Assembly (NCBI GenBank): GCA_903861305.1
Contig: CAIOTT010000022.1
Location: 4,049 to 68,048, forward strand
Origin: Candidatus Omnitrophota bacterium
Lineage (GTDB): Bacteria > Omnitrophota > Gorgyraeia > Zapsychrales > Fredricksoniimonadaceae
Direction: 5' to 3'
Length of the DNA: 64,000 nt
Shown: positions 25,861 to 35,402 of the stretch, piece after piece
How the letters are laid out: every line of letters starts with the position of its first letter
Position numbering within the stretch: position 1 is the stretch's first letter
Position numbers and translations under genes: made by a program
The notes under the pieces: model-generated
Database searches by the model: none
Seen by the model: the letters and a program-made list of their open reading frames with translations, nothing else
What the model was told of the DNA's origin: nothing

Positions 25861-26944
25861 CCGCGGCAAAAGGTTTGCTGTTATCCCTCGCGGCCTGGGC
25901 CATAGTCCCCATCCGGTCGGGCGACTTCAGCAGAAGCTCTACCTCTTCCGCGAGATCCCCCAGATCATGCACGCGCACGGCAATGCCCTTTTCAAGAAGA
26001 AAATCAGCGTTGCGCTCCTCCTGCCCGGGAAGCGGGTCAATGATCACCATGGGCAGCCCTTTGGCAAGGCACTCTGCCGTGGTCATGCCGCCGGGCTTCG
26101 TAACGATAAGGTTCGCCGCCTCCATCAACTCATCAACATTATTGGCATAATCAAAATGAATGATCTTCTTGGGTGAAGAACCTACGATCTTGCGCAACCA
26201 TTTGAAAAGTTTGACATTGGCCCCGGAAACCACGATGAGCTGCAACGGCAGGGACAAGGCCAAAAGTTTCTTGACCGCCTCTTTCATGCGGCCAAGCCCC
26301 TGCCCGCCGCCCATGACCAGTACGACCGGCAGGGAGGGATCCAGCCCCAATCCTTCGCGCACCGCCATTTTATCCATTTTCTCGGCGAACTTGGAACGGA
26401 TCGGGATACCAAACGCCTTGATCTTCTCTGGCGCCACACCCTTTTTGATGAACCGCTCGCGGGCATCTTCCGACGGGACAATATAATGGTCAACACCATC
26501 ATTGATCCAGTAGGAATGCGGTGCGTAATCCGTCAGTGTGCCGACCAGACAGAATTTCAGGCCGCGCGTGACCTTATAATCCGCGACCATGCTGCAGGGG
26601 AACGCCTGGGAACAGATCACCGTATCCGCCGGGAATTCCTTAAAAAGCTTCTCCAGTTTCTTATGGCTGGACTTGTTGAGGAAATTGCGGAAATTCGCCG
26701 AACGCTTGACGACCTTGGGATTGTCGTACAAATAGTCCCACACCTTGGGCGTGTGCTTGATCACCGTCATGTAAGCGGCGTTCACCACATGTTCCAGCAA
26801 AGGATAGTTGTAACCGAAACCGTTGATGCTCATGACATCGGCATCCGGCAGGAACTTTTTCAATGATTTGGATACGGCCATGGTGGCCTGGCGATGCCCG
26901 GAAACCCTGGAGATGTACATCAAAAGGATCTTGCGTTTTTTCAT
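25811..26944 (-). CDS. MGDG synthase-like diacylglycerol glycosyltransferase (GT28, UgtP/MGS type)
   Basis: N-terminal MGDG_synth-like region (ILLMYISRVSGHRQATMAV) and the C-terminal GT28 pattern VTKPGGMTTAECLAKGLPMVIIDPLPGQEERNADFL. Confidence 0.85.
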   Translation of the reverse strand: MKKRKILLMYISRVSGHRQATMAVSKSLKKFLPDADVMSINGFGYNYPLLEHVVNAAYMTVIKHTPKVWDYLYDNPKVVKRSANFRNFLNKSSHKKLEKLFKEFPADTVICSQAFPCSMVADYKVTRGLKFCLVGTLTDYAPHSYWINDGVDHYIVPSEDARERFIKKGVAPEKIKAFGIPIRSKFAEKMDKMAVREGLGLDPSLPVVLVMGGGQGLGRMKEAVKKLLALSLPLQLIVVSGANVKLFKWLRKIVGSSPKKIIHFDYANNVDELMEAANLIVTKPGGMTTAECLAKGLPMVIIDPLPGQEERNADFLLEKGIAVRVHDLGDLAEEVELLLKSPDRMGTMAQAARDNSKPFAADEVARLVAGYDPVLAI

Positions 26945-26945
26945 A

Positions 26946-27176
26946 TTATTCCATCTCCGCCAGGACAGCGCCTACCGGGACTTCTGCACCCTCATGGCAA
27001 AGGATCCTGGTGATGGTCCCGCTGCCGGGTGAAGCAATGTTAAAAACAGCCTTGTCCGTCATAAGTTCGACAACGTCGTCGTCGCGCGTGACCTGCTGGC
27101 CCTCCTGAAAGATCCAGCGAACGACCTGGGCATGAACGATACCCTCACCCAGTTCCGGAAGAATGATCTTGGTCAT
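26946..27176 (-). CDS. Stand-alone lipoyl-attachment domain protein (76 aa, E2-type lipoyl domain only)
   Basis: MTKIILPELGEGIVHAQVVRW...VELMTDKAVFNIASPGSGTI: an E2 lipoyl-domain pattern with the lipoyl-lysine in a DKA context. The track start 27203 is TTG; the ATG at 27176 was checked. Confidence 0.75.
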   Translation of the reverse strand: MTKIILPELGEGIVHAQVVRWIFQEGQQVTRDDDVVELMTDKAVFNIASPGSGTITRILCHEGAEVPVGAVLAEME

Positions 27177-27843
27177 GGAATACCCTGATAAATTTCGTTT
27201 CAAAAATACCGGCAGCGTCAGGCATGGAAGGCGCGCACCGCGTTAATTTCGCGATAGAGGTCACCCCGGCGTCGAGCCCGCAGGGACGTATCATCCTGAA
27301 AAGGTCAAGGTCCGTGGATATATTCAGGCCAACACCATGATACGTGACCCACCGCGAAACCCCGATGCCGATGGCCGCGATCTTTTCAGGGCCGACCCAT
27401 ATCCCACGAAATTGCCCGGGACGGGTACCCGCCTTTCCCCGTTCGCCCACTATATCAAAATCCGCAAGGAAAGCAACGCATGTCTCTTCCAATTTCTGAA
27501 GATACAAAGACAGGTCTCGCCCCATCCTTTTAAGGTCAAGGATCGGATAAGCGACCAGCTGTCCCGGGGCATGCAGCGTCACATCCCCGCCTCGGTCAAC
27601 CGGTGTTATGACAACCCCTCGTGACGACAATTGCGCGCGCGGGACAAGAAGGTTCTCCTCATGAAATGTCCGGCCAAGCGTCAGGGTGCAGGGATGCTCG
27701 CAAAGCACAAGCGTATGCGCTCCGCCGCCGTCCACCTCACGCACAAGGTCTTTCTGAAGGCGCAAGGCCTCAGCATAAGAGATCAGGCCACATTTGATGG
27801 TACGGAACTCATGTTTCATGCGAAGGGAAAGGTCTCTTGGCAA
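27145..27843 (-). CDS. lipB: Octanoyltransferase (lipoyl(octanoyl) transferase)
   Basis: RGGDVTLHAPGQLVAYPILDL and KIAAIGIGVSRWVTYHGVGLNI. The track start 27843 is TTG with AGGAGG 11 nt upstream; the alternative ATG is at 27819. Confidence 0.88.
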   Translation of the reverse strand: MPRDLSLRMKHEFRTIKCGLISYAEALRLQKDLVREVDGGGAHTLVLCEHPCTLTLGRTFHEENLLVPRAQLSSRGVVITPVDRGGDVTLHAPGQLVAYPILDLKRMGRDLSLYLQKLEETCVAFLADFDIVGERGKAGTRPGQFRGIWVGPEKIAAIGIGVSRWVTYHGVGLNISTDLDLFRMIRPCGLDAGVTSIAKLTRCAPSMPDAAGIFETKFIRVFHDQDHSSGTG

Positions 27844-27878
27844 CCGTTATCCCGCCTCCTGCAAATGCAAGGTCCGGG

Positions 27879-27910
27879 TAAAACAAGAAGCCCCGTCATC
27901 CCACCGGGGC
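27879..27910 (-). terminator. Rho-independent terminator after the IDH-family gene
   Basis: Minus-strand RNA: GCCCCG-gugggauga-CGGGGC followed by UUCUUGUUUU. Stem gccccg 27890-27895 / cggggc 27905-27910. About 25 nt after the stop at 27936. Confidence 0.6.
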
Positions 27911-27935
27911 CTCAAGCTATAAAAGCAGTCATCAC

Positions 27936-29021
27936 TCAGGCTTTTAGTTTTCGGCAGATAGCCGCGGCCATCTCTTGTGTCCCTACCGCGCTGGGGTCGT
28001 TGCGGTCAGCCTTGAGGTCGTAGGTAACATCCTTGCCTTCCTTGATGACATCATACACTGCCTTTTCCAACGCCGCCGCTGCCTTAAGTTCACCCAAATG
28101 CCGCAGCATCATGACCGCGGAAAGTATCGTGGCCGTCGGATTAACTTTGTTCTTGCCCGCGTATTTTGGCGCTGAACCGTGCACAGGCTCAAATAAAGCG
28201 GCTGCAGAACCAATATTAGCACCCGGTGCTATCCCAAGCCCGCCAACAAGGCCGGCGCAAAGGTCCGATACAATGTCCCCATAAAGATTCGGCAGGACCA
28301 GAACATCATACAACTCAGGCTTCTGGACGAGCTGCATGCACATATTGTCCACAATAACATCCTCGAACGCGATTTTTCCCGCAAATTCCGCTGCTATCTT
28401 TTGCCCCACGTGAAGAAAAAGGCCATCCGTATATTTCATGATGTTAGCCTTGTGGACAAGAGAAACTTTCTTGTGGCCGTTTTTCACCGCGTATTCGAAC
28501 GCGTAACGGATGATCCGTTCAGAACCGAAAACAGAGATAGGTTTAATGGAAATAGCGGAATCCTCGCGGATCTTCTTGGGCGAAAGATTATTGATCTCCT
28601 TGATCAGGTGCTTGGCAGAATCAGACCCCAGGTCAAACTCGATCCCCGCGTAAAGGTCTTCCGTGTTCTCCCTAAAAATGATCAAATCGACATTTTGATT
28701 TACTGTTTTTGTGCCGGGGATATATTTTGACGGACGGACGCAGGCATAGAGATCAAGTTCCTGGCGCAGCTGCACGTTGACGGAGCGGAAACCCTTGCCG
28801 ATAGGTGTCTCAATAGGCCCCTTGATCGCCACCTTGTTCTTCTTGATGGAATCGATGGCCGCCTGGGGCAGGGGTGTCCCGAATTTCGCGATCGCCGGTG
28901 CACCAACGATAACTTCTTCCCAGTCCACAGCGACACCCGTGGCATCCACACATTTCGTCATGGCGAGCGCCACCTCGGGCCCTATCCCGTCACCTGGAAG
29001 AAGGGTTACACGATAAGACAT
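27936..29021 (-). CDS. Isocitrate/isopropylmalate dehydrogenase family protein, most like NAD(P)-isocitrate dehydrogenase
   Basis: [54 protein letters not shown]. Confidence 0.85.
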   Translation of the reverse strand: MSYRVTLLPGDGIGPEVALAMTKCVDATGVAVDWEEVIVGAPAIAKFGTPLPQAAIDSIKKNKVAIKGPIETPIGKGFRSVNVQLRQELDLYACVRPSKYIPGTKTVNQNVDLIIFRENTEDLYAGIEFDLGSDSAKHLIKEINNLSPKKIREDSAISIKPISVFGSERIIRYAFEYAVKNGHKKVSLVHKANIMKYTDGLFLHVGQKIAAEFAGKIAFEDVIVDNMCMQLVQKPELYDVLVLPNLYGDIVSDLCAGLVGGLGIAPGANIGSAAALFEPVHGSAPKYAGKNKVNPTATILSAVMMLRHLGELKAAAALEKAVYDVIKEGKDVTYDLKADRNDPSAVGTQEMAAAICRKLKA

Positions 29022-29045
29022 GGATCCACCTTTCCTTGAGAAAGA

Positions 29046-30113
29046 TTATACGGGGAATTTCAGGAATTGCCGCAGCTCTTCAATATTCTTGGCATTTGCC
29101 AGCGCTGTATCCAGCGTGATCTGCCCTGTCTCAACAAGTTCCTTGAGCGACCTGTCCATGGTCTTCATCCCAAACTGGGCTCCGGTCTGCATGGCCGTGG
29201 GGATCTGTTCGATCGCCTGCTCACGGATCATGTTGCGGATAGCGGGTGTTGCGATCATGATCTCCAGGGCCAATGCCCGGCCGCGCCCGCTGGCGCGAGG
29301 CATAAGCCGTTGAGAAACAACACCCTGCAAACATGAAGACAACTGCTGGCGCACCTGTTGCTGCTGGTACGGCGGAAAAACGTCAATGATACGTTCAATG
29401 GTCTGCGGTGCATCAGGCGTATGGAGCGTGGCAAGCACCAAATGCCCGGTCTCTGCGGCAGTCAGTACCGTAGATATGGTTTCAAGGTCGCGCATCTCAC
29501 CCACGACGATGACATCCGGGTCCTGACGCAAACAGCGCTTGAGCGCTTCCGCGAAAGAATGCGTATCCTTAAAGACTTCACGCTGCTTGATGATCGCCTT
29601 CTTGTTCGTATGAAGGAATTCAATAGGATCCTCGATCGACATAACGAGGCACTTCTGCTCGGTATTGATCAGTTGGACCATCGCGGCCAATGTTGTTGAT
29701 TTGCCCATCCCCGTCGGACCGGTGATCAGGACAAGGCCGTTCTTTTTTCGCGCCAGCATGGGTATCGCCAGCGGCAAATGCAGATCTTCCACGGTCGGTA
29801 TGAATAAAGGGATGCGCCGGAAAGCGGCTTCAATAGAACCGCGCTGTTGATGGACATTAACGCGGAAACGGTCCAGCCCGTCAAAAGCCAGGGAAAAATC
29901 AAGCTCTTTTTCTTCCTCGAACTGGATCTGCTGGGTATCTGAAAGAACACCATAGATCATTTCTTTGAGGCGCACTTCAGTAAAAACGTCGTCTTTTAAA
30001 GGAAGGAGCTCGCCGTCGATACGCAAGACCGGCGGCATATGATTTGTGAGGTGAAGATCGGAGGCGTTCTGGCGAGCCGCCTCCATAAGCAATTCCTTCA
30101 GTTGCATCGCCAT
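29046..30113 (-). CDS. pilT: Type IV pilus retraction ATPase PilT
   Basis: ASDLHL, GPTGMGKSTT (Walker A), IEDPIEF, VGEMRD, His box LVLATLHT. The start is taken at ATG 30113 (MAMQLKELL), just inside the upstream stop at 30121; the track start is 30167. Confidence 0.9.
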   Translation of the reverse strand: MAMQLKELLMEAARQNASDLHLTNHMPPVLRIDGELLPLKDDVFTEVRLKEMIYGVLSDTQQIQFEEEKELDFSLAFDGLDRFRVNVHQQRGSIEAAFRRIPLFIPTVEDLHLPLAIPMLARKKNGLVLITGPTGMGKSTTLAAMVQLINTEQKCLVMSIEDPIEFLHTNKKAIIKQREVFKDTHSFAEALKRCLRQDPDVIVVGEMRDLETISTVLTAAETGHLVLATLHTPDAPQTIERIIDVFPPYQQQQVRQQLSSCLQGVVSQRLMPRASGRGRALALEIMIATPAIRNMIREQAIEQIPTAMQTGAQFGMKTMDRSLKELVETGQITLDTALANAKNIEELRQFLKFPV

Positions 30114-30120
30114 AAAAGGC

Positions 30121-31290
30121 TTATCTGGATCGTTCGATCCATTCCTTGATGCGGCGAACCCCTTCACGGATGCGCTCCTGCGACGTACAGAACGTCAGGC
30201 GCAAATACCCTTCCGCACCGAAGCCATCACCGGGGATAACCGCCACGTTGACCTCATCCAGGATCCTCTTGGCGACCGTAGCGCAGGGGCCGTATTTCGA
30301 GAAATCACAGAAGAGGTAGAAAGCTCCTTCAGGCTTAATATAACTCACACCAGGAATAGTAGCAACCAAAGACATCATCAGATCACGCCGGACTTTATAC
30401 TCATCGCGCATGGCCCGGATGCCATCTTCGGGAGCTCTCAAGGCGGCGAGTGCGGCTTTCTGACTGATGGATGTCGGATTGGACGTGGAATGATCCTGGA
30501 GATTCTTCATAAAACCCATGATCTCGGCGGGACCCGCCGCGTAACCAATGCGCCAGCCCGTCATGGCGTAAGCCTTGGACATCCCGTTGACCGTGATCGT
30601 CAGATCATAAATATCTTTGCCAAGCGACGCGATCGACGTAAAAGGCTCGTCAGTATAAAGCAACTTCTCATAAATATCATCGGAAATGACATAGATCTTG
30701 TTCTTCACGCAGATCTGGGCAATGGCTTCAAGTTCTTTCCTTGAATAAACCGATCCTGTCGGATTGGAAGGCGAATTGAGGATGAGGAGTTTTGTACGCG
30801 GTGTGATCGCCGCCTCAAGCTGAGGAACGGTCACCTTGAAGGAAGACGCCTGTGAGGTCTGAATATACTTTGGCGTCGCACCGGCTATTTTGACCATCTC
30901 CGGATAACTGACCCAGTATGGCGCGGGGATCAGGACTTCTTCCCCGCTGTCGCACAGCACCATCACCGCATTGAATATAGAATGCTTGGCGCCGCAACCG
31001 ACTACGATCTGCCCGGGCTTGTAATCAATGCCATTATCCCGCTTGAGCTTATCGCAGATCGCCACACGAAGCTCTTCCGTGCCGCTCGAAGGCGTGTACT
31101 TTGTAAAGCCGCTGTTAATGGCGTTGATCGCGGCTTCTTTGATATATGCAGGCGTATCAAGATCAGGCTCACCGGCGGCAAAACTGACCACATCGACGCC
31201 CTGAGCTTTAAGTTCATTGGCCCTCGCCGTGATCGCGAGCGTTGTTGACCCAAGAACCTGCGCAATACGGGAGTTGACCTTGACGCCCAT
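30121..31290 (-). CDS. Class I pyridoxal-phosphate aminotransferase (aspartate aminotransferase-like)
   Basis: NSPSNPTG, VISDDIYE, NGMSKAYAMTGWRIGY (PLP lysine). Confidence 0.88.
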   Translation of the reverse strand: MGVKVNSRIAQVLGSTTLAITARANELKAQGVDVVSFAAGEPDLDTPAYIKEAAINAINSGFTKYTPSSGTEELRVAICDKLKRDNGIDYKPGQIVVGCGAKHSIFNAVMVLCDSGEEVLIPAPYWVSYPEMVKIAGATPKYIQTSQASSFKVTVPQLEAAITPRTKLLILNSPSNPTGSVYSRKELEAIAQICVKNKIYVISDDIYEKLLYTDEPFTSIASLGKDIYDLTITVNGMSKAYAMTGWRIGYAAGPAEIMGFMKNLQDHSTSNPTSISQKAALAALRAPEDGIRAMRDEYKVRRDLMMSLVATIPGVSYIKPEGAFYLFCDFSKYGPCATVAKRILDEVNVAVIPGDGFGAEGYLRLTFCTSQERIREGVRRIKEWIERSR

Positions 31291-31292
31291 AC

Positions 31293-31808
31293 TTATGCCT
31301 TTTTAGCTTTTTTCGCAGGCTCTTTCTTTGCCGGGGCCGCCTTCTTTAACAAAGGCTTCTTTTCCGCGACAATGACCGCATCCTCAGCCTTTTTATCGGA
31401 AACTTTCTTACCCGAAACCTTAGCCTCGGTCGTTGAAGGCTCCTTCACGATCTTCTCCGTCAGTTCCAGGATCGCACGTTCAGCATTGTCTCCCTGACGA
31501 TTTACAGCAAGCTTGATAATGCGCGTGTATCCACCCTGACGATTCGCGAAAGCTGGCGCGATCTTTGAAAAGAGCTCGCTGACAAGCCCGTGGTCGCAGA
31601 GCACCGCAAAAGCGCGGCGTTTGGCCGCGAGAGTGCCCTTCTTACCAAGGGTAATGATCTTGTCGGCCAATTTACGCGCCTCACCCGCTTTGACCTTCGT
31701 CGTGATGATCTTCTGATTGATCAGAAGAGCCTTCACAAGGTCGCGGAGTGTTGCTGCACGCAACGTTTGATTACGGCCGAATTTTTTACCGGCTACGCCA
31801 TGTCTCAT
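31293..31808 (-). CDS. rplQ: 50S ribosomal protein L17 with Lys/Ala-rich C-terminal extension
   Basis: MRHGVAGKKFGRNQTLRAATLRDL. The tail ends KKAAPAKKEPAKKAKKA. Confidence 0.95.
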   Translation of the reverse strand: MRHGVAGKKFGRNQTLRAATLRDLVKALLINQKIITTKVKAGEARKLADKIITLGKKGTLAAKRRAFAVLCDHGLVSELFSKIAPAFANRQGGYTRIIKLAVNRQGDNAERAILELTEKIVKEPSTTEAKVSGKKVSDKKAEDAVIVAEKKPLLKKAAPAKKEPAKKAKKA

Positions 31809-32803
31809 TGTTCACTCTTCTTTCTTAACTTTTTCGTATCGATCTTCATACCGAGGCTCAGGCCATGCGCTTTAAGCACATCCCCGATCTCCGTAAGTGA
31901 TTTTTTCCCGAAATTCCGGAAATCAAGGAGTTCTTCCTCGGTCTTACGGACAAGTTCGGATAGTGACTTGATATTGGCTTCCTTGAGGCAATTGGAACTG
32001 CGGACAGAAAGTTCAAGCTCCGAGATCGGCAAACGCAGCTTTTCATAAAGGGCCTGCTCTTCGACGGAGATCTCTTCTTCTTCTTCCTCTTCTTCAGGGA
32101 GTTGACCATAACTGACGAAAACATCCAGATGGCGCTGAAGGATGTTCGCCGCGTAAAGGAGAGCTTCCTTGGGATTGATACCGCCATTGGTCCATATCTC
32201 CAGGATCAGGCGATCATAATCCGTGCGCTGGCCCACGCGGGTATTCTCTGAAAAGAAGTTCACTTTCTGGATCGGCGTAAAGATCGAATCCACAGCAATG
32301 GTACCGACCGGGGCGCCTTCCTTTTTGTTCAGTTCCGCCGGAACATATCCACGTCCGCGGCTGACTTCAAGTTCGACGTTCAGTTCTACGTCCTGCGTCA
32401 AGGTGCAGATATGATGGGTCGGGTTAAGGACCTCGATGGTCTCATCACAAATGATATCCTTGGCCTTGATCTCTCCCTTTTTTTGCGACTTGATATAGAT
32501 GCTCTTGGGCGCCTTGGAATGAGAACGGACCACAAGCTCCTTGATATTAAGGATGACATCGCTCACAGTTTCAAGCATGCCAGGGATCGTCGAGAATTCA
32601 TGGTCAACGCCGTCGATACGGATAGATGTGACCGCGCTGCCTTCAATGGATGAAAGAAGGATGCGCCGCAGCGAATTGCCCAGCGTAACACCGTACCCGC
32701 GTTCAAAAGGCTCCGCAATGAACTTGCCGTAATGGTCATTGTACGATGCTTCATCGCACTCGAGACGCTTTGGCATCTGAAAATCACGCCATTTAACACC
32801 CAT
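31805..32803 (-). CDS. rpoA: DNA-directed RNA polymerase subunit alpha
   Basis: GKFIAEPFERGYGVTLGNSLRRILLSSIEGSAVTSI. C-terminal domain LELSVRSSNCLK. E8 linker. Confidence 0.97.
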   Translation of the reverse strand: MGVKWRDFQMPKRLECDEASYNDHYGKFIAEPFERGYGVTLGNSLRRILLSSIEGSAVTSIRIDGVDHEFSTIPGMLETVSDVILNIKELVVRSHSKAPKSIYIKSQKKGEIKAKDIICDETIEVLNPTHHICTLTQDVELNVELEVSRGRGYVPAELNKKEGAPVGTIAVDSIFTPIQKVNFFSENTRVGQRTDYDRLILEIWTNGGINPKEALLYAANILQRHLDVFVSYGQLPEEEEEEEEISVEEQALYEKLRLPISELELSVRSSNCLKEANIKSLSELVRKTEEELLDFRNFGKKSLTEIGDVLKAHGLSLGMKIDTKKLRKKSEQ

Positions 32804-32824
32804 GAGTTCTCTCCTCTTTAAACA

Positions 32825-33433
32825 TTATTTCGAATACAACTCAATGATGAGCTGTTCATTCACCGGGACGGCGATCTCATCGCGCGCCGGGATACGGACG
32901 ATCTTGCCTTCACGCTTGTCATTGTCGACCTGAAGCCAGGAAGGAACAGCCCATCCTTCATTGAGTTCAAGGTTCTTTGTCAAATACTTACGTGTGGCTT
33001 CCTTGTCATTAAAAGTAACGACATCGCCAGCACGGACAAGGTAAGAAGGTACATCCACCTTGCGGCCGTTGACGCGGACAAGGCCATGATTGGCCATCTG
33101 ACGCCCCTGGGCACGCGTGATCGCGAACCCCATGCGATAAATGACATTATCCAGGCGCGACTCAAGCATCTGCAAGAGGACCGTGCCGGTAACGCCTTTA
33201 GCGCCGGTGGCTTTCAAATAATAATTACGGAACTGTTTTTCCAAAAGCCCGTAAATGCGCTTGGCTTTCTGTTTTTCACGCAACTGCAACCCGTAATTGG
33301 ACAATTTGCTGCGGCGCATGCCGTGCTGCCCCGGGATCGATTCGCGCTTATCCAGGGACCATCTCTTTTTTAGCCCCAGATTGACTCCCTCTCGGCGAGA
33401 AAGACGACAACGAGGACCAGTATAACGTGCCAT
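32825..33433 (-). CDS. rpsD: 30S ribosomal protein S4
   Basis: MARYTGPRCRLSRREG..., C-terminal S4 domain. Confidence 0.97.
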   Translation of the reverse strand: MARYTGPRCRLSRREGVNLGLKKRWSLDKRESIPGQHGMRRSKLSNYGLQLREKQKAKRIYGLLEKQFRNYYLKATGAKGVTGTVLLQMLESRLDNVIYRMGFAITRAQGRQMANHGLVRVNGRKVDVPSYLVRAGDVVTFNDKEATRKYLTKNLELNEGWAVPSWLQVDNDKREGKIVRIPARDEIAVPVNEQLIIELYSK

Positions 33434-33452
33434 GTTCGAAATTCCTTTCTAA

Positions 33453-33911
33453 CTAAACTCTGCGTTTCTTCCGTGGACGACATCCATTATGCGGGATCGG
33501 CGTGACATCACGGATCGCGGTGACCTGGATGCCTGCCGCCTGGATCGCGCGGATAGCGGATTCACGGCCTGAACCAGGCCCCTTCACCAACACTTCAACG
33601 GTCTCGATGCCAAGCTCTTTCGCGCGCTTGGCCGCTTCGCCCGCCGCGACCTGAGCCGCGAACGGCGTCGATTTCTTTGAACCGGTGAAACCGCTTACGC
33701 CTGGTGTTCCCCAGACGATCGTATTTCCCTGCCGGTCTGCGATGGTGATGATGGTGTTATTGAACGTCGCCTTGATCATGACGATTCCGCTCGTGATACC
33801 CTTGAGCGAACGCTTCTTTGCCTTGGCCTTCCTCGTTGCTGTCTTTGACGAAGCAGGCTGCTGTTGCGACGATGCGCCTTGCGCGGCGGCTGGTTTGGTC
33901 TCTTTTGCCAT
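33453..33911 (-). CDS. rpsK: 30S ribosomal protein S11 (N-terminal low-complexity extension)
   Basis: [20 protein letters not shown]...[14 protein letters not shown]...[13 protein letters not shown]. Confidence 0.97.
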   Translation of the reverse strand: MAKETKPAAAQGASSQQQPASSKTATRKAKAKKRSLKGITSGIVMIKATFNNTIITIADRQGNTIVWGTPGVSGFTGSKKSTPFAAQVAAGEAAKRAKELGIETVEVLVKGPGSGRESAIRAIQAAGIQVTAIRDVTPIPHNGCRPRKKRRV

Positions 33912-33921
33912 GCGTTACCTC

Positions 33922-34299
33922 TTATTCTGCTTTCTTCTTCATGCCGCCCACAGTCGCCTTGCGGCCCTTGCGTGTGCGGGAATTCGTGCGGGTCCTTTGA
34001 CCGCGCACGGGTAGTCCTTTGCGGTGGCGAAGGCCACGGTAAGTCCCCATGTCCATGTGCTGACGGACATTTTGCTGCACTTCACGACGAAGATCCCCTT
34101 CTACCACATAGTTCTTCTGTATGAACGCCGTGATCTTGGAGATCTCTTCTTCATTAAGGTCTTTCGAACGCTTGTCAGGGTCGACCGCTGTCGCCTGAAG
34201 GATCTTTTTGACACGCGTCGGACCGATGCCGTAAATATACACAAGCGCGGCTTCAACACGCTTGTCCCTGGGAAGATCAATACCTAGGATTCTTGCCAT
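33922..34299 (-). CDS. rpsM: 30S ribosomal protein S13
   Basis: [26 protein letters not shown]. Confidence 0.97.
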   Translation of the reverse strand: MARILGIDLPRDKRVEAALVYIYGIGPTRVKKILQATAVDPDKRSKDLNEEEISKITAFIQKNYVVEGDLRREVQQNVRQHMDMGTYRGLRHRKGLPVRGQRTRTNSRTRKGRKATVGGMKKKAE

Positions 34300-34305
34300 A
34301 GGTTC

Positions 34306-34419
34306 TTATCCTTGTCTTTGTTTGTGTTTGGGATTGTCGCAAATCACGCGCACAACCCTTTCACGCCTGATGATCTTGCACTTATTACAGATCCGTTTTA
34401 CCGACGATTTTACTTTCAT
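34306..34419 (-). CDS. rpmJ: 50S ribosomal protein L36 (zinc-binding type; below the track cutoff)
   Basis: Hand translation: [40 protein letters not shown] at 34417-34419, stop tta at 34306-34308. Canonical infA-rpmJ-rpsM position. Confidence 0.93.
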   Translation of the reverse strand: MKVKSSVKRICNKCKIIRRERVVRVICDNPKHKQRQG

Positions 34420-34420
34420 A

Positions 34421-34639
34421 TCATTTGTTCCTGTATGTTATTCTTCCCCGAGAAAGATCATACGGGGTCAATTCTACTTTTACCTTATCGCCGGGGATGA
34501 TGCGGATGAAGTTCATCCTCATTTTTCCCGACACATGCGCGAGTACTTTATGCCCGTTATCAAGTACGACGCGGAACATCGCGTTCGGAAGCGCTTCTTC
34601 AACAACTCCTTCAACTTCGATCAGATCTTCTCTGGCCAT
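34421..34639 (-). CDS. infA: Translation initiation factor IF-1
   Basis: [41 protein letters not shown]. Confidence 0.97.
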   Translation of the reverse strand: MAREDLIEVEGVVEEALPNAMFRVVLDNGHKVLAHVSGKMRMNFIRIIPGDKVKVELTPYDLSRGRITYRNK

Positions 34640-34643
34640 AGCC

Positions 34644-35402
34644 TCACTCGGTAAAGATCACCGGCCCGTCCTCCGTCACGGCGATTGTATGTTCGAAATG
34701 CGCGGAAGGCTGGCGGTCCGCGGTAACAACGGTCCAACCGTCTTGCAGCGTTTTTGTCCGATACGTCCCCATGTTCACCATCGGTTCTATAGCCAACACC
34801 ATTCCGGGCTTTAACACCACGCCGGTACCGGGATGCCCAAAATTGGGGATATCCGGATCTTCATGCAACTTTCTTCCGATCCCATGTCCAACAAAATCCC
34901 GGACGACAGAAAATCCTTTAGCTTCGACATAGGCTTGGATCGCATGCGAAACATCACCGAGCCTTGCGCCGCTTTTAGCCTGAGCGATCCCTTTGATTAG
35001 CGCCTGCCGGGTCACGTCCAGCAGCTTCTGACGGCCCGCATCAAGATCTCCGAACCCAACGGAAAAAGCCATGTCAGAAAAAAACTCCTGACGGATAATG
35101 CCGATGTCAACGCTAACGATGTCACCGCTGTTGATCACCCGCCCACCGGGAATACCGTGAACGATCTCCTCGTTCACAGAAACACAGACACAGGAAGGAT
35201 AACCACGGTAACCTTTGAAAGCGGCAACAACCCCTTCACTGCTGATCAACTCCTCAGCCATGAGGTCGATGTCCTTTGTTGTCATCCCTATTTTTAAAGA
35301 GCTTTTGATCTGTGTAACTATCCGAGCCAAAACCTTACCGGCCTCCCGGAGTGTTGCCATCTCCTGGGGAGTTTTGATACGAATATCAAGCTTTTTTGAC
35401 AT
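34644..35402 (-). CDS. map: Type I methionine aminopeptidase
   Basis: [30 protein letters not shown] metal-ligand series. Confidence 0.95.
   Translation of the reverse strand: MSKKLDIRIKTPQEMATLREAGKVLARIVTQIKSSLKIGMTTKDIDLMAEELISSEGVVAAFKGYRGYPSCVCVSVNEEIVHGIPGGRVINSGDIVSVDIGIIRQEFFSDMAFSVGFGDLDAGRQKLLDVTRQALIKGIAQAKSGARLGDVSHAIQAYVEAKGFSVVRDFVGHGIGRKLHEDPDIPNFGHPGTGVVLKPGMVLAIEPMVNMGTYRTKTLQDGWTVVTADRQPSAHFEHTIAVTEDGPVIFTE

Noticed and set aside
32072-32095. Run of eight Glu codons (GAA/GAG) in rpoA.
   Set aside because: It falls exactly in the flexible linker between the alpha N- and C-terminal domains. It is probably a harmless low-complexity linker variant.
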